The notes under the pieces: model-generated
The model's input: the letters and a program-made list of their open reading frames with translations, nothing else
The model's database searches: none
Told to the model about the DNA's origin: nothing
Assembly (NCBI GenBank): GCA_013265495.1
Contig: MU058039.1
Coordinates: forward strand, 1,118,591-1,182,590
Length of the DNA stretch: 64,000 nt
Direction: 5' to 3'
Source of the DNA: Vicugna vicugna
Lineage: Eukaryota
Position numbers and translations under genes: made by a program
Part shown: positions 1-11,719 of the stretch, in pieces
How the letters are laid out: each line of letters starts with the position of its first letter
How positions within the stretch are numbered: the stretch's first letter is position 1

Positions 1-80
1 TTTCTTTTTGTTTGTTTGGTTTGGTTTATTTCGGATTTTGGTATTGAGTTGTATGAACTCGTATATTTTGGATAAGATGT
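1..80 (-). mobile_element. LINE-1 fragment
   Basis: gtattgagttgtatgaactcgtatattttggata resembles the antisense 3' end of L1 ORF2. Confidence 0.55.
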
Positions 81-734
81 GGCTTCCTTTGATGTGCAGG
101 ATTAGGAAGCCAAGGAAGTTGGGGCAGGAGGAGGGATGGCTTTTTAAAAATTGGTTATAAAACATAAAGGCTAGTACATAAATACAGAGTTCAACAAGTG
201 ATTGTAAATGAACACCCACACGATCACCATCCAAATTGCAAAGCTTTGTGTTGCTGGCGCCCCTCGTCCTTTGTCCCATATGCTTTGTGCCAACCACCCC
301 CACCCTGTTCACCACCTTTATGCTCTCACGGCCCAGCTTTATGTGGGTTTACCGCACACGTGTGCGTCCTGGTTAGCTTAGCTCAGGTTTGCCTGCTCTG
401 AACTGGGAGCTCTCCTGGCATCTTCCAGTCAGCCCTGGGTTTGTGAGATCCATCCCCTCTCTGTGTGGATGTGATTTGTTTGTTGTCATGGCTGTATAGT
501 GTTCCATGTGGGACTGTTCTCCTGCTGGCGGACGTTTGATTTCTTCCGCCTCGGTGCTTTATTGATTTTTACAGATTGCATTTTTTGCTCGGTTTTGACC
601 TGTAAAATGGAAATAACGGTGCTTGTGTTTGTGAGGTTGTTACTGGTGATAACACTGCTGAGAGAGTGCTCCCCACGTGGTAGCTTCTGTGCTGTAAGCT
701 TTGGTGTATGAACTCTCTTAGGTGCTGTATGGCC

Positions 735-885
735 CTTGTGAGGTAGATCTGGTTGTTACTGTCCCCTCGTGCAAGAGAGGAAACTGATGCACAGAGAGTT
801 TAAGATAAGTAGTCCAAGGTCACTCAGCAGTGAAGTTTAACCCCAGGCAGTCTGTCTCCAGAGCCTTGACCGCTGTTCCGGACTG
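735..885 (-). mobile_element. MIR SINE
   Basis: gaggaaactgatgcacagagagtttaag...ccaaggtcactcagc...ccaggcagtctgtctccagagc matches the antisense MIR core. Confidence 0.7.
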
Positions 886-1153
886 CTATTTAGGTGTTCA
901 TTTGTTTGTGAATCACTGGACATTGTCTGCCTTACTGAGTGGCTGTGAAGATTAAATGTCGCCATCTACACAGCAGGAGAGTAGTAGGGTCAGGGAGGTT
1001 AAGGTCACACAGGCAGAGATTGGCGTGAATAGGATTGGAGCCCAGGCATGTCTGGCTCCCAGACTCTGGGCTGAAGCAGTGGGCAGCCTGCCCTGGTGAG
1101 GCCCAGGGACCTGGGCATGCCTCTGCTACTGTGTCCCTCCTTCCCCTTCTCAG

Positions 1154-1274
1154 GTACCAGTTCAACCCAGCCTTCTTTCAGACCACGGTCACCGCCCAGA
1201 TCCTGCTGAAGGCCCTCACCAACCTACCCCACACCGACTTCACGCTGTGCAAGTGTATGATCGACCAGGCACAC
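1154..1274 (+). CDS. EIF3K: EIF3K coding exon 3 (eukaryotic translation initiation factor 3 subunit K); earlier exons lie upstream of the window
   Basis: Acceptor ccttctcag|G at 1153/1154; encodes YQFNPAFFQTTVTAQILLKALTNLPHTDFTLCKCMIDQAH; donor CAC|GTATCCTT; 121 nt. Confidence 0.96.
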
Positions 1275-2607
1275 GTATCCTTCCCGCTCCCGGGCCGGGT
1301 GTGGGGGAGGGCAGGTGAACTCACGGGAAAGTGGTCGGAGTTCAGCCTCGGACACCGAGTGCCTGCTCTGGGCTTAGTCCAGCGCTGGCTGGGGCTGGGG
1401 CGCTGTGGAGGCCGAGGCAGGCCCAGCCCTGTCCTCACCGAGCTCACCGTTCAGTTGTGGGGACCCGTCCCCTGTCAGTGACAGCCTGGAATAGTCAGGG
1501 CTGAGGGTTACAGGAGCCAGAGGAGGCACCTGACCCTGCCTGGATGTGTGGAAGGCGTCCTGGAGGAGGGAAGGTCTGAGAGATGAGGAGTTGGGTGATG
1601 TGGTAGGGAAGGGTGATCCAGGCAGAGGGAACAGTATGCAGGGAAAGAAGGAGGAAAAGAATTGCTTGGTGCTATGTTTTAGAAGTAGTAGAGGAAGTTC
1701 CATACAGCTGTGCCCCAGATGTCAAAGTGGAATTCGGTCAGTTTCAAAAAGGGCACTGGGGAGCCGTGGGAGCTTTCAAGCTGCAGAGGTATATGGGTGG
1801 ACTCATGCTCTAGAAAGAGTCCCACGAGGGTTCCCAGCTGGGTAAAGGCAGGAGACAGGAGGGGCTGGGGGCTGGAGCAGGAGCTGGGAGGAGCCAGCTT
1901 GTCCGCTGACCTTCAGCATATGTGTCCTCAGGGCCTGGCGCAGCATCTATCCGGCCCGGTGCTGGCCTTCAGTGAAGAAATGCTGAGGGAAAGTCAGTGA
2001 ACTGGCCTGCTCACTGGCGGCTGGGCTGAGAAATGGCTTCCTCATTGAGCCTCCTCTGCCAGGCTTGTCCATGGGAGTGCCTACCTCCAGAGAGATTGTC
2101 CCTCTTCTCCTGGGGTGTGTTCTGGTGGGTTAAAAATAGGCATGTGGTCCACTGTTAAAAGTACAACAAAGTGTGCAGTGGAGAAGCCAAGGCTTCCTCC
2201 TCCTCATCCCACAGCACCTGCTCCCCTCCCGCAGACAGTTGTTTGCATTCTTGGGTGCTTCCCACAGAGGCCCTGTAGCTGCACAGGTGCAGGCGTGTGT
2301 TTAGATGCACAGATTTCTCCCCACGCAAATGGGGGCTGTTGCGCAAGTCATTCTGCGTCTTGCTGCTTTCACATGGTGGTGGGTCTCATCCCTTTCTCCA
2401 GGTCATTTCTGTAAGGGTTGACTCCATCTCAGCATGTGGATGGCCCACTGTTGAATTAATGGTCCCCATCACTGGATCACTAGGTTGTCTCTTACCTTTT
2501 GCGATTCCAAACCATGCTGCAGTGAACAAGGTGGGCGCGGACGGTCTAGGATGCAGCAGCAGCCTCCTCGGGCTCCCAGGCCTCTTTCCCTTAACACCTC
2601 CTCCCAG
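1275..2607 (+). other. EIF3K: U12-type (minor spliceosome) GT-AG intron of EIF3K
   Basis: 5' splice site GTATCCTTC (1275-1283); branch sequence TTCCCTTAAC (2586-2595) about 12 nt before CAG| at 2607. Confidence 0.9.
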
Positions 2608-2682
2608 CAAGAAGAACGGCCGATCAGGCAGATTTTGTACCTCGGAGACCTGCTGGAGACCTGCCACTTCCAGGCCTTCTGG
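2608..2682 (+). CDS. EIF3K: EIF3K coding exon 4
   Basis: cccag|CAA...TGG|gtaacg; QEERPIRQILYLGDLLETCHFQAFW; 75 nt, phase 0/0. Confidence 0.96.
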
Positions 2683-3860
2683 GTAACGTCCCTTGGGTTC
2701 CTGGGGCAGAGTGGTAACTGGGTTGTGCGGGGCAGACTGCTGAAAGTCATGACCATGCACATACACTGGCAGCCTGCGTGGTGGCAGGGACTCTGCTTAG
2801 GGCTTTGCTTGTGTGATCTCATGGGACGGTCATCCTCACCCGGGGCCAGGACTCCCAGGTCGTCCCCAGTGCGCAGGCACGCACACGCGCACACACACAC
2901 ACGCACACACACATACCGGTCCTTCCAGCAAAAGCTCTCCATCCTCTAAATTCTCTTTCCCTGTCTCTTGCACTAACTGAGCCTGGCCTTCCACTTCTGC
3001 AGTGGCTTCCCAAGTGCAAGGAAGGCCAGGTGGCCTCCTAGCTTCTCACTGCCACTCCCAGACTTATCTCCCCCGCTCCTCTCCCCAAGTCCCCAGCCCT
3101 GAAGCTCACCTGTTATCACTTCCTGCCCTTCTTTGTTGGTATCAGCCTCCCCACCCCCAGATGACTGCTCCTCGTTTTGTGAAGACTAGCTCATTGCCAC
3201 TCTTTACTACTCCTGTCTTCATTTTTAGATGCCCGAAGAGGCAGATCAGTGATCCTTCCACCCTCCTGACCTCAGTTTCTGGATCTCTTGTTCTCCCTGT
3301 GCCCTCAGCCCCTCACCCCCAGTCACACCCTAGACCAGTTCTCAGCACATTGGACCCTTGAGGAGTTAAAAAAACAAATACTGGTAATTGCATCCTGCCA
3401 GAGTCTAATGTGATGGGCCTGGATGTGCTCCAGGCTTTGGGATTTTAAACAATTATCCCTGGGGCTTCTGATGCGCCCTGAAGGCTGGGAGCCACTGGCC
3501 TATACTTGTCTTCACCAGTAATTGCTTCCTCTGCCCATGAATGTCAGGCATTTCCCTCCTCTGACCACTTCCTCCTAGCTTCCCAGCTCGGCCCCTTGGG
3601 TCCCATCCCCGCATTCTTGGGCCTGAGCGGCAGCCCCCATCCTCTGTCCTACATCCTCCTTCAGCCCAATCCGTGGGCTCCTCCTCTCCGCACCTGTGTC
3701 CAACAGGATGCACGAGGCTGGAGAAGAGCCCATCAGGCGCAGGTGACAATGACCCAGGTCCGGTCCTGAGCCCCTCTTGGTCTAGGGTGTTCCTCCCTCC
3801 CTGCTGTGCTAGACGGCTCTTCTCACCACCGCCCCCACCACTTTCTCCCGACCTCAACTG

Positions 3861-3960
3861 ATGTATGTATTTACTTCTAACAGAGGTGCTGGGGATTGAA
3901 CCCAGGATCTTGTGCATGCTAGGCACACACACTACTGCTAAGCTGTTCCCTTTCCTCCCC
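3861..3960 (-). mobile_element. tRNA-derived SINE (camelid Vic-1-like)
   Basis: Antisense B box ggggattgaacccagg plus tgtgcatgctaggc; same family as the other five copies. Confidence 0.8.
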
Positions 3961-4381
3961 TTCAACTTTTGATCTGGCTTCTCATTTCATGGCAAATTAG
4001 GAGCAGCCAAAGCTTCTGCCCCTGGCCCGCTGTCTGCCGACAGCTGACCAAATACTTTTCTGTTTCAGTGGGTGAGTTGTCCCTTCTCCTGTCGCAGGCA
4101 CCCATTCTCCGGAGCATCGATGCCCTTCCCTCTCACCCACTCAGTGGCATCACACCAGCGGTTCTCCCCATTCTCCTGTATCAGCAAACTTGGCCTTCCT
4201 GGGTTGTTCCTGTCACCACAGAACACGCCCACCCTGCAGTTAGTCCTAGCCTGAAAGAACTCTCCCTTGATCTCCACACTCCCCGCCAGCTCTGCCTCCC
4301 CTTTCCAGCTGTATTCCTGGCTGGGGGACCCACTGTCCCAGTTTGCCTGGGGCTTTCTTAGTTTTAAAGCTGCAAGTCTCA

Positions 4382-4525
4382 GGGGGGAGGGTACAGCTCA
4401 GTGGTAGAGCACTGGCTTAGCATGCACAAGGTCCTGGGTTCAATCTCCAGTACCGCCATTAAAATAAATAAGTAAATCTAATTACTTACACCCCCTCAAA
4501 AAAAAAACATAAAAATAAAATAAAA
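4382..4525 (+). mobile_element. tRNA-derived SINE (camelid Vic-1-like) with A-rich tail and target-site duplication
   Basis: GGGGAGGGTACAGCTCAGTGGTAGAG (A box)...GGTTCAATC (B box)...A tail; TSD AAAGCTGCAAGTCTCA (4366-4381) / AAAACTGCAATTCTCA (4522-4537). Confidence 0.88.
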
Positions 4526-5462
4526 CTGCAATTCTCATATCCTAGGAAACCCTCGGTCTCAGGCGAGTCAGAACCACTGGGCAGCCTGCTCTTGGACAGG
4601 TTACCTGTGCTCAGCCTCCCTGTCTCCCCCCGGCTCACTTGCACCCACTCCATCTAGTTCACTGAGGCTTTTTTGGCCAGCCCCCTGCCCCTGAACCCCC
4701 AGCCCACGCACGGAACCGCTCTTGTCCAGATCCACAGTGATGTCCCGTTAATAGTCTGGTAGGAAGTTCTTGCCCCGTCTTCCCTGTCCAGCCAGCCGCT
4801 TCTGCTCCCTCAACACTTCCATCCCCTGGCTTCCAGGACAGCTGCTCTCCTGGCTTTCCTCCCGTTGTCCTTGCAGGTTCCTTGTGTACCTCACTAATGT
4901 TGGGGGGAGCCCCTACTGGGAAGGGGACATTTAAGCAGAAGCCTTAAGGAGGTGAGGGCGCTAGCTATGGGGGAGGAGAGTTCCAGCCCCAGAAACAGCC
5001 AGCATGAAGGCCTGGAGGTGGGTGGTGCCTGGCATATCGGAGAGGCAGCGAGGAGCCCCTGCGGCTGGAATGAGGGGCTGAGTGGGAGGAGGTGATGGAC
5101 AGATCCTGTGAGGACTCATGAGCCACAGGAGCACCGCTGGCCTTTTCTCTGAGTGAGACGGGAGCCAAGAGGAGGTGGTTGAGTGCAGGTCGCTAATCTG
5201 TATCTGGCTCCTCTCTCGGGACTGTGTTTTCTGCCTGCCAGGTTCAAACTCCAGCTCTGGGATTTGGGGCAAAACACTTAGCTGTTCTGAGCCTTGGTTT
5301 CCTCATCCCTAAAATGGGCATTAAGAGAGTCACTGTTACATCATAAGGCGGCACACAGAAGAACCGTGATATGTGGGACGCGAACTCAGGTGTTCCCTTC
5401 TGTCATTGTTAGCGTTACACATGTTCTTGACGTTACCGCTGTTAACATTGTTCCTCTCACAG

Positions 5463-5529
5463 CAAGCCCTGGATGAAAACATGGACCTCTTGGAGGGTAT
5501 AACTGGCTTTGAAGACTCTGTCCGTAAAT
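5463..5529 (+). CDS. EIF3K: EIF3K coding exon 5
   Basis: tcacag|CAA...AAAT|gtaagt; QALDENMDLLEGITGFEDSVRK; 67 nt. Confidence 0.96.
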
Positions 5530-5625
5530 GTAAGTCCCTCCCTGAGCCCCTGCTCCCCAGGGTGGGGTAGTGGCAGTGGGGTCCTGGGGGTGGCCCTTCA
5601 CCATCTCTGTCCCTTATTTCCACAG

Positions 5626-5703
5626 TTATCTGCCACGTGGTGGGCATCACTTACCAGCACATCGATCGCTGGCTGCTGGCCGAGATGCTTGGGGATCTGA
5701 CAG
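5626..5703 (+). CDS. EIF3K: EIF3K coding exon 6
   Basis: ccacag|TT...ACAG|gtaagg; (F)ICHVVGITYQHIDRWLLAEMLGDLT; 78 nt. Confidence 0.96.
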
Positions 5704-6281
5704 GTAAGGCCATCTCTGGGTCCCTAGTGCCAGTCTGGCAGGTCAGAGATGATTGGGCAGCGGGTCTCAGCCAGCTCCTCAGATGGCCCACCCCTGCCTC
5801 ATCAGATCATTATAAAACATTCTCTTCCTTGGTGGAGATCCTGTGGCACTTATTCTTTTATTCTGCATGAATGCCTGCTCTGTGCCAGACACTGTTTGTG
5901 GCCTTGGGGACGCAGCCTTGAACAACACAGAATGGCTCAGATTCGTTCTCGTGGCAGTAGCACCACAGATAATGAATGAGGATGTATGTGTCCAGCGGGA
6001 ATTCTTGTATGACAACCCCTGGAGAGGGAGGGCTGGGGGCACGTGGTGGCAAGGAGATGGCAGCATTGAACAGTTACCTCAGTGGAGTGAGGTGGGCAGC
6101 TTAAAAGAGCCCTCCAAAAAGAAAAAAAGAGTGTATTTGCTCATTTTGCCTAAAGAACCAGGAAGGAAAATTTAAAAACTAAGGAAAGTGGTTACTCCTT
6201 GGGGAATGAGGGTGAGGGCAGAGAGGAGAGTGGTGAGTTGGGGGTGAGATCTGAGTGCCTTCTTGGATAGTTCTGCCTTTT

Positions 6282-6415
6282 TTGCTTGTCTGTTTTATGA
6301 GGGGGGTAATTAGGTTTACTTACTTATTTTTGGAGGAGGTACTGGCGATTGAACGAACCCAGGACCTCGTGCATGCTAAGCTTGCGCTCTACCATTTGAG
6401 CTATACTCTCCCCCC
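6282..6415 (-). mobile_element. tRNA-derived SINE (Vic-1-like) with TSD
   Basis: Reverse complement reads GGGGGGAGAGTATAGCTCAAATGGTAGAG...; TSD TTGGATAGTTCTGCCTTTT / TTGGATAATTTTGCCTTTT. Confidence 0.88.
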
Positions 6416-7135
6416 TTGGATAATTTTGCCTTTTAAGGTGGATTTTTTTGTGGGGTGTTATTTGTTTATTTTCAGTAGAAGCTAAGTTTTATTGGACAGT
6501 TTGTCTCAGGCACTATACTAAGTGCTTTACATCCAGTAGATGTTTTATGTATTTAAAAGTGAAATTAAATCAGAAGGGGATGAGACAACCCTTAAAATGG
6601 AGTGTAAAGAAAAGCAGATGAATCTATCAAATTGATAAGTGTCACGCAGAAAAGAATTATTTCAACTAATAGAACATCTCTCTGGCCAGACATCCTTGCT
6701 GGCATATTTTCTAAGAGCAAGTAAGAACTGCGAAGAAATTCTCAAATCTGATGCCATAGGCATATTTACTGTTGGTGGTGGTGATGACATCATAATTTTG
6801 GAGCCATTTCATTTGGGTTGTGGTGGGGAAAGCAGATAAGTTGTCACTAGGAGCCAGGCTGCGCACTGGAAGAGAGGAGGGGTAAATAGAAAATGAAAGG
6901 AGGCTGAGAAAAGCTCTGTAATGGGAAGGATGAGGAAGCTAAAGGGCTCCCTCTGGCGGCCGTTTGGAGAATGAACTATAGAAGCGCCAGGCTGGCAGCA
7001 GGAGACGAGGCCAGAAGATACTGGTGGTTTCTGGAGAACTGGGGCAAGGAGGGCACGCTGGCCATTGGCTCCCAGGCCCCCTGGTACCATGGGATCAGAG
7101 TGCCCAAAACCCCTTCATTGCTGTGTCCCCTGCAG

Positions 7136-7261
7136 ACAGCCAGCTGAAGGTGTGGATGAGCAAGTATGGCTGGAGCGCTGACGAGTCAGGCCAGATCTTC
7201 ATTTGTAGCCAGGAAGAGAGCATTAAGCCCAAGAACATCGTGGAGAAGATCGACTTTGACA
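7136..7261 (+). CDS. EIF3K: EIF3K coding exon 7
   Basis: ctgcag|AC...GACA|gtgagt; (D)SQLKVWMSKYGWSADESGQIFICSQEESIKPKNIVEKIDFD; 126 nt. Confidence 0.96.
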
Positions 7262-7734
7262 GTGAGTGGTGGCCCAAGGCCTCAGACTGTGGGGCTGAGG
7301 GGGTTCCTTTGGACAGGCCTGGACTGGGGCCCCAAAGGACCTGGATGGATATGTCCTGGTTTAGGGCTGGGGAATTTGCAATTGCCCGGCTCCCCGACCT
7401 CTTCTGTCATGGGGTCACCTGCCCAGGGAGGAGTGATAGAGGATGCTGGGTGTCCTTCCCTAGAGTCCCAGGCACTATGTCCTGCCCTGAAGCACACAGT
7501 AAGACTTCAAGGGCCTGGGAGGAGCCTTGCAGTGTATCCCCACACACTCCCTGATACCAGGGGCTCTGTTCTGTTCGGGCTTCTGGGGCCTCAGCCCTGG
7601 CGTCTGCTAAAACACAGCAGAACACCAACCAGAAGTATAGGCTTTGGTTGGGCCAGAGGGGTTTAGTCATCTAATGGGTAGTGGTACTAAATGACCTGGG
7701 AAGTTCTCCTCAATTCTGAGATAATGATTCTCAG

Positions 7735-7835
7735 ATCTTGGTTCTCTGCTTCATAGCCATGTAACTTTGGGCGAGTGATTTTACATCTCTGTGCCTCAGT
7801 TTTCCTATCTAAAATGGGATAAATAACAGCACCAG
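7735..7835 (+). mobile_element. MIR SINE
   Basis: gtaactttgggcgagtgattttacatctctgtgcctcagttttcctatctaaaatggga, MIR core. Confidence 0.7.
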
Positions 7836-8504
7836 TAATTATGACAAACACTGTGTAGTTCTTTACATTTTTTTAAGTCATTGGTCCTCGGGTCAACCCT
7901 ATAAGGTAGGTGCCATTATTGTAAGTTACTGAATAACCTGGCAACACCCACCTCCTGGAGGTGTGAATGTGAAGTCAGACAGTCCTTATGTGCCTCTTAG
8001 CACAGAGCCAGTCGCACAGCTCACTGAGCGTTGTCACCATCATACACACACTTACCCCTCACAGACCCCACTGGTGGCTCAGCGGGAGCGACCTAGCTGC
8101 TCAGTTAGCAGCGCGCTCTCACCTTCAACGGCACGATGTCTTGGAGAGAGAACCGGGGCTCAGGGACCGGCACTTCCTTAGGCCCTAGGTCTCCTCCCCG
8201 CCCTCTTGAGTGGGATTCTGGTATTTTAAAGATACCGATTAGTATAGTGGCCTCTTAGTACAGGCCAGCTAAGTGGGTACTTAATGAGGAACCAGATTGA
8301 GTGGGCAGTCTCTCCACACCTGGGGGCTGTGGACCCTCACTCAACATGAGACATGCCCACTGGGTTGGGGAACTCGGCGGAGCAAATGTTCTGCAGCGAG
8401 GAGATGCAAGCTCAGCACTCAGGGTCTGTTGCAAATAGTACATAGTAAGTGTTGTTACGATAGTAACATACTTTACATGACAGTAAATGATGTGATGATG
8501 AAGA

Positions 8505-8705
8505 CAGCAGACAGCACTTAGGTAGTACCAGGCCTTGTTCTAAGCACATCATTTAATGCCACAATCCTATAGGGTGGACGGTGCTTACAGATGGGGAAAC
8601 TGATGCTTAGTAATTGGCTGGAGGTCACCCACCTGGTACTGGGCAGAGCTCCAATTTGAACCTAGGCCTCCTTGTTCCAGAGTCCAGGCTTTTAACTACT
8701 GCCTT
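8505..8705 (-). mobile_element. MIR SINE
   Basis: ttacagatggggaaactgatgcttag...atttgaacctagg...ccagagtcc, antisense MIR. Confidence 0.7.
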
Positions 8706-8840
8706 TGTGTTGGTGACTGAGGCCGGCAGGGGTTTATGATCACCTGTCCCCAAAGAACTGTGGGCACTGTGGTTGGTGGCTGTAGGTTCATTTCCCATTC
8801 TTCCAACATTGACCTCGGTGCTCCCTTCTCTTCTCAACAG

Positions 8841-8872
8841 GTGTGTCCAGCATCATGGCCTCCTCCCAGTAA
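8841..8872 (+). CDS. EIF3K: EIF3K last coding exon (8) with stop codon
   Basis: caacag|GT GTG TCC AGC ATC ATG GCC TCC TCC CAG TAA; (S)VSSIMASSQ*. Confidence 0.95.
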
Positions 8873-8886
8873 CTTTGCAGGCATTT

Positions 8887-8892
8887 AATAAA
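8887..8892 (+). terminator. EIF3K: EIF3K polyadenylation signal
   Basis: AATAAA 14 nt after the stop codon, followed by GU/U-rich sequence. Confidence 0.85.
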
Positions 8893-11239
8893 GATTTGTT
8901 GACTTCTTAGCCCTGTTGGCTCCTTGGTGGCTTCCTGCCTCTGCTCCTCGCCCACCAGTGGGGGCCTAGGAGTAGGCTTCGGATCACCCTGTGCTGGGGC
9001 CATCTCAGTTCTGGCAGGCCCCTTCCTACCCTGCCAGAAGTGGGGCTTCTGTCTCCTTTGACCCCCTCTGCCCCGCCTCAGCAACTGATCTCCACCACCA
9101 CCTTCCTGACCTGTCAGATCACAAGTGGGGGGCACGCAGCTCTGAGTCTGCACCGAGGCTGTGAATGGGCTGTGGGTGAGTCAGCACGGAGGAGGGTGTG
9201 CGTGGGGTGTAGGAGCCCAGCCCTGCGCCTGGGGCTGGCCTGGGCTCTTCTGTCCTCCTGAAAATGTAGGTAAACAGGTGCGGTCACTGGGTTCCTGGTG
9301 AGGGAGGGGCACCACCTTTGTTTGCCCTTGGGCTTCACAGATGCAGCTGCTAGTGGCCCCGGGGCAGTGGCTGGAGGGGCGAGTGGAAGAGGATTCTGGC
9401 TGCTTGCTCAATCGGCTGTGTGTCCTTGACTTCTGTTCCTCAGTTTCCTCATCTGTGAAATGGGGAGACTGATGCACCGTTGTCAGAATCGTGAGGATTC
9501 TGTGAGCTCTTGCCAGTGAAGGTCTCAGATCAGGACCCAGCCTGTTCTTGGTGCTTAGAAAACTGGAGTGATTGTTAATTTCAGAATCAGAAGAGTTTGT
9601 CCCCAGCATTGCAAATTAGTCCTCAGCACTCTTTTGTTCGGAAAGACTTTATCAGAAGGTTGGGATTTTCAGTCAGGCTGTTGTCCCTGATTCCTGCAGT
9701 CCCAGCCTCCACTGGCCAGGAGGCCTAGCACGGGTCACCTGATCCTTAGCTTGGTTGGTTATTTGTATTTTACAAGGTATTCCAGCCATTCTGGTAGTGA
9801 CCTAGGGCTCTGAGCCTGTGGTCTGCAGAAAGAGGGGGCGGGGGCAACAGTGATGGCCTTTTGGGGAAAATGGAGGAAATCAAATGCCACAACAGACGCC
9901 CGTCCCTTTGTGCAGACAGCGGCGCCACTGAGGGAGTGCCTCATTCTCAAGAGTGCGTGGACTTTGCCTGCGGAGAGGGCAATGCCTGAGCTGCCAGCCT
10001 TCCTGGACCTCCCTCTTGGCCGGCACTCACACCCATCATTCTTCTGAGGGCGCTGATGCAGGAAGCCAGGGCAGCACAGGATACCCTTTGCCCTGGGATC
10101 CAGACCTGAGCAGGAGCCAGAAACTAGGGCATGCTGAAACCCTGGGGACAGAGGGTGCTTCTGCCGCTCAGGACTTGGGAGCCAGCTCTAAGGGGGGCAG
10201 ACGGAGGGGAGACTGGAAAGCTGCTACTTACCCACTTGGCAGATGCCTTCGTGTAGGACAACCTGTACAACAGGCCACGGCCACTCTGTAGGGGAAGAGG
10301 AAATGAACTTTTTCTCTTGGGATCCACATCTGTCCTGCTTTGCCAACCTGCTTTTGCTCCAGGAGGGTCATCCTTTGAGCAGCAAAGAGGCCTGGCTTTG
10401 CAGAAAGAGTGAGTTCAAACCCCAGCCTGGCAGCCTTTGGGTGCGGTAGTCAGCCTCTCCGTGCCTTAGTTTTACAGATAGGGAGATACCCACTGCAGAC
10501 TACGGTAATGCACTGAAGAGTTTGGATTATAAACTTGCCTGTCATGATGGCTTGGGCCCCAGGCTGCCATTTCAGCTGCTTCCGTAGTCACCTCTAGACA
10601 TCCTAGTATCTGTTCGTGTTCCCACCCCGAGAGGACACAGCCCTCGCTCCTTTGTTCCATCTAAGTAGCGTTAATAATAGGATACAGCATGTAATAACTT
10701 CTGACTGAAGTCTCTGTGAAGGTTCCAGAAAGTGGCAGTGCAGACATGGTGAACCTAAGGCCGGGTACACTGGCCATAATTCCCCTTCACTCGGGGATCT
10801 CTGCCCCTTCTGAGCCCCTGCCTGCTGCCCCTTGACCCTCCAGAGACAGTAACTATTACAACCGCAGTGTCCATGGCAGGCTGCCAGGAAGTGGCCTCAA
10901 AGCTGGCAATTAAAGGGAGCCTTTAATTTAAACCTCATTGGCTGGGGACATCCCCTTCATCTTTGAGCCCTTGGTCTGGGAGGTTTCTCAGTGTTGACCT
11001 GGAGGAGGCAGGGAGGGGCAGATGGCCCATTGTTCAAGTGGCCTTTCCCTGCCCAGCAGGTCCAGCACAAGAGTCCTGGGCTTGTTCTCCAGGTCAGGCA
11101 GGAAGAGGTTGCCCTGCTCCAGCCTAGCCCAACTTTGGAAACAGCAACACTCCTGGGTCTTTGGCCAGGTCTTGGCATCCCCTGGGAAAGTGGGCTACTG
11201 CTCAAACCTCATCTCCTTCCTAGCAGCTGTCTTGAGTCT

Positions 11240-11340
11240 GTTTGTTTGTTTGTTTGTTTAATGGAGGTACTGGAGATCGAACCAAGGACCTTGTGCATGT
11301 TAAGCATACTCTCTACCACTGAGCTGTTACTCACCCCCCA
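11240..11340 (-). mobile_element. tRNA-derived SINE (Vic-1-like) with (TTTG)n tail
   Basis: ggaggtactggagatcgaaccaaggaccttgtgcatg...ctaccactgagctg; TSD tcttgagtct / tcttaagtct. Confidence 0.85.
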
Positions 11341-11719
11341 TCTTAAGTCTTGATTCTTTGCTCTTTCTCACCCCCGCATCCCACCCCCATCAAATTCCTG
11401 ACACAAAGTCTTGTAGGCTCCACTTTCCCAAATCCTCCCACTGCCCCTCCACGGCACGCCCCTCCTTCACTCTTTGTCCTCTGTCTACCTTCGTCAGGAC
11501 CATCGCAGCAGCCTCCTCACTGGGCTCGCTGAACTCACCCCACCTTCTACAGGTCTGTTTCCCTCTTGCAACTAGAAGGACCCTGTGAACAGCTGAATCA
11601 GACCCCAGCCCTGTTCACCATCTTCCCTTAACGTCCTGTGGCATTTAGAATAAAATTCATTGTATGTCAATTCTATCTCAATTTTTTTAAAAACCTGCAA
11701 ATTCCTCACCATGGTTTTA

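Noticed and set aside
4382..4460. tRNA-like sequence with A and B boxes (also at 46544 and in four antisense copies)
   Set aside because: Followed by an AT-rich SINE body and A tail, flanked by TSDs and present in six diverged copies: a SINE, not a tRNA gene
10908..10928. Perfect 9-bp inverted repeat AATTAAAGG-gag-CCTTTAATT
   Set aside because: A few hairpins of this size are expected by chance in 64 kb
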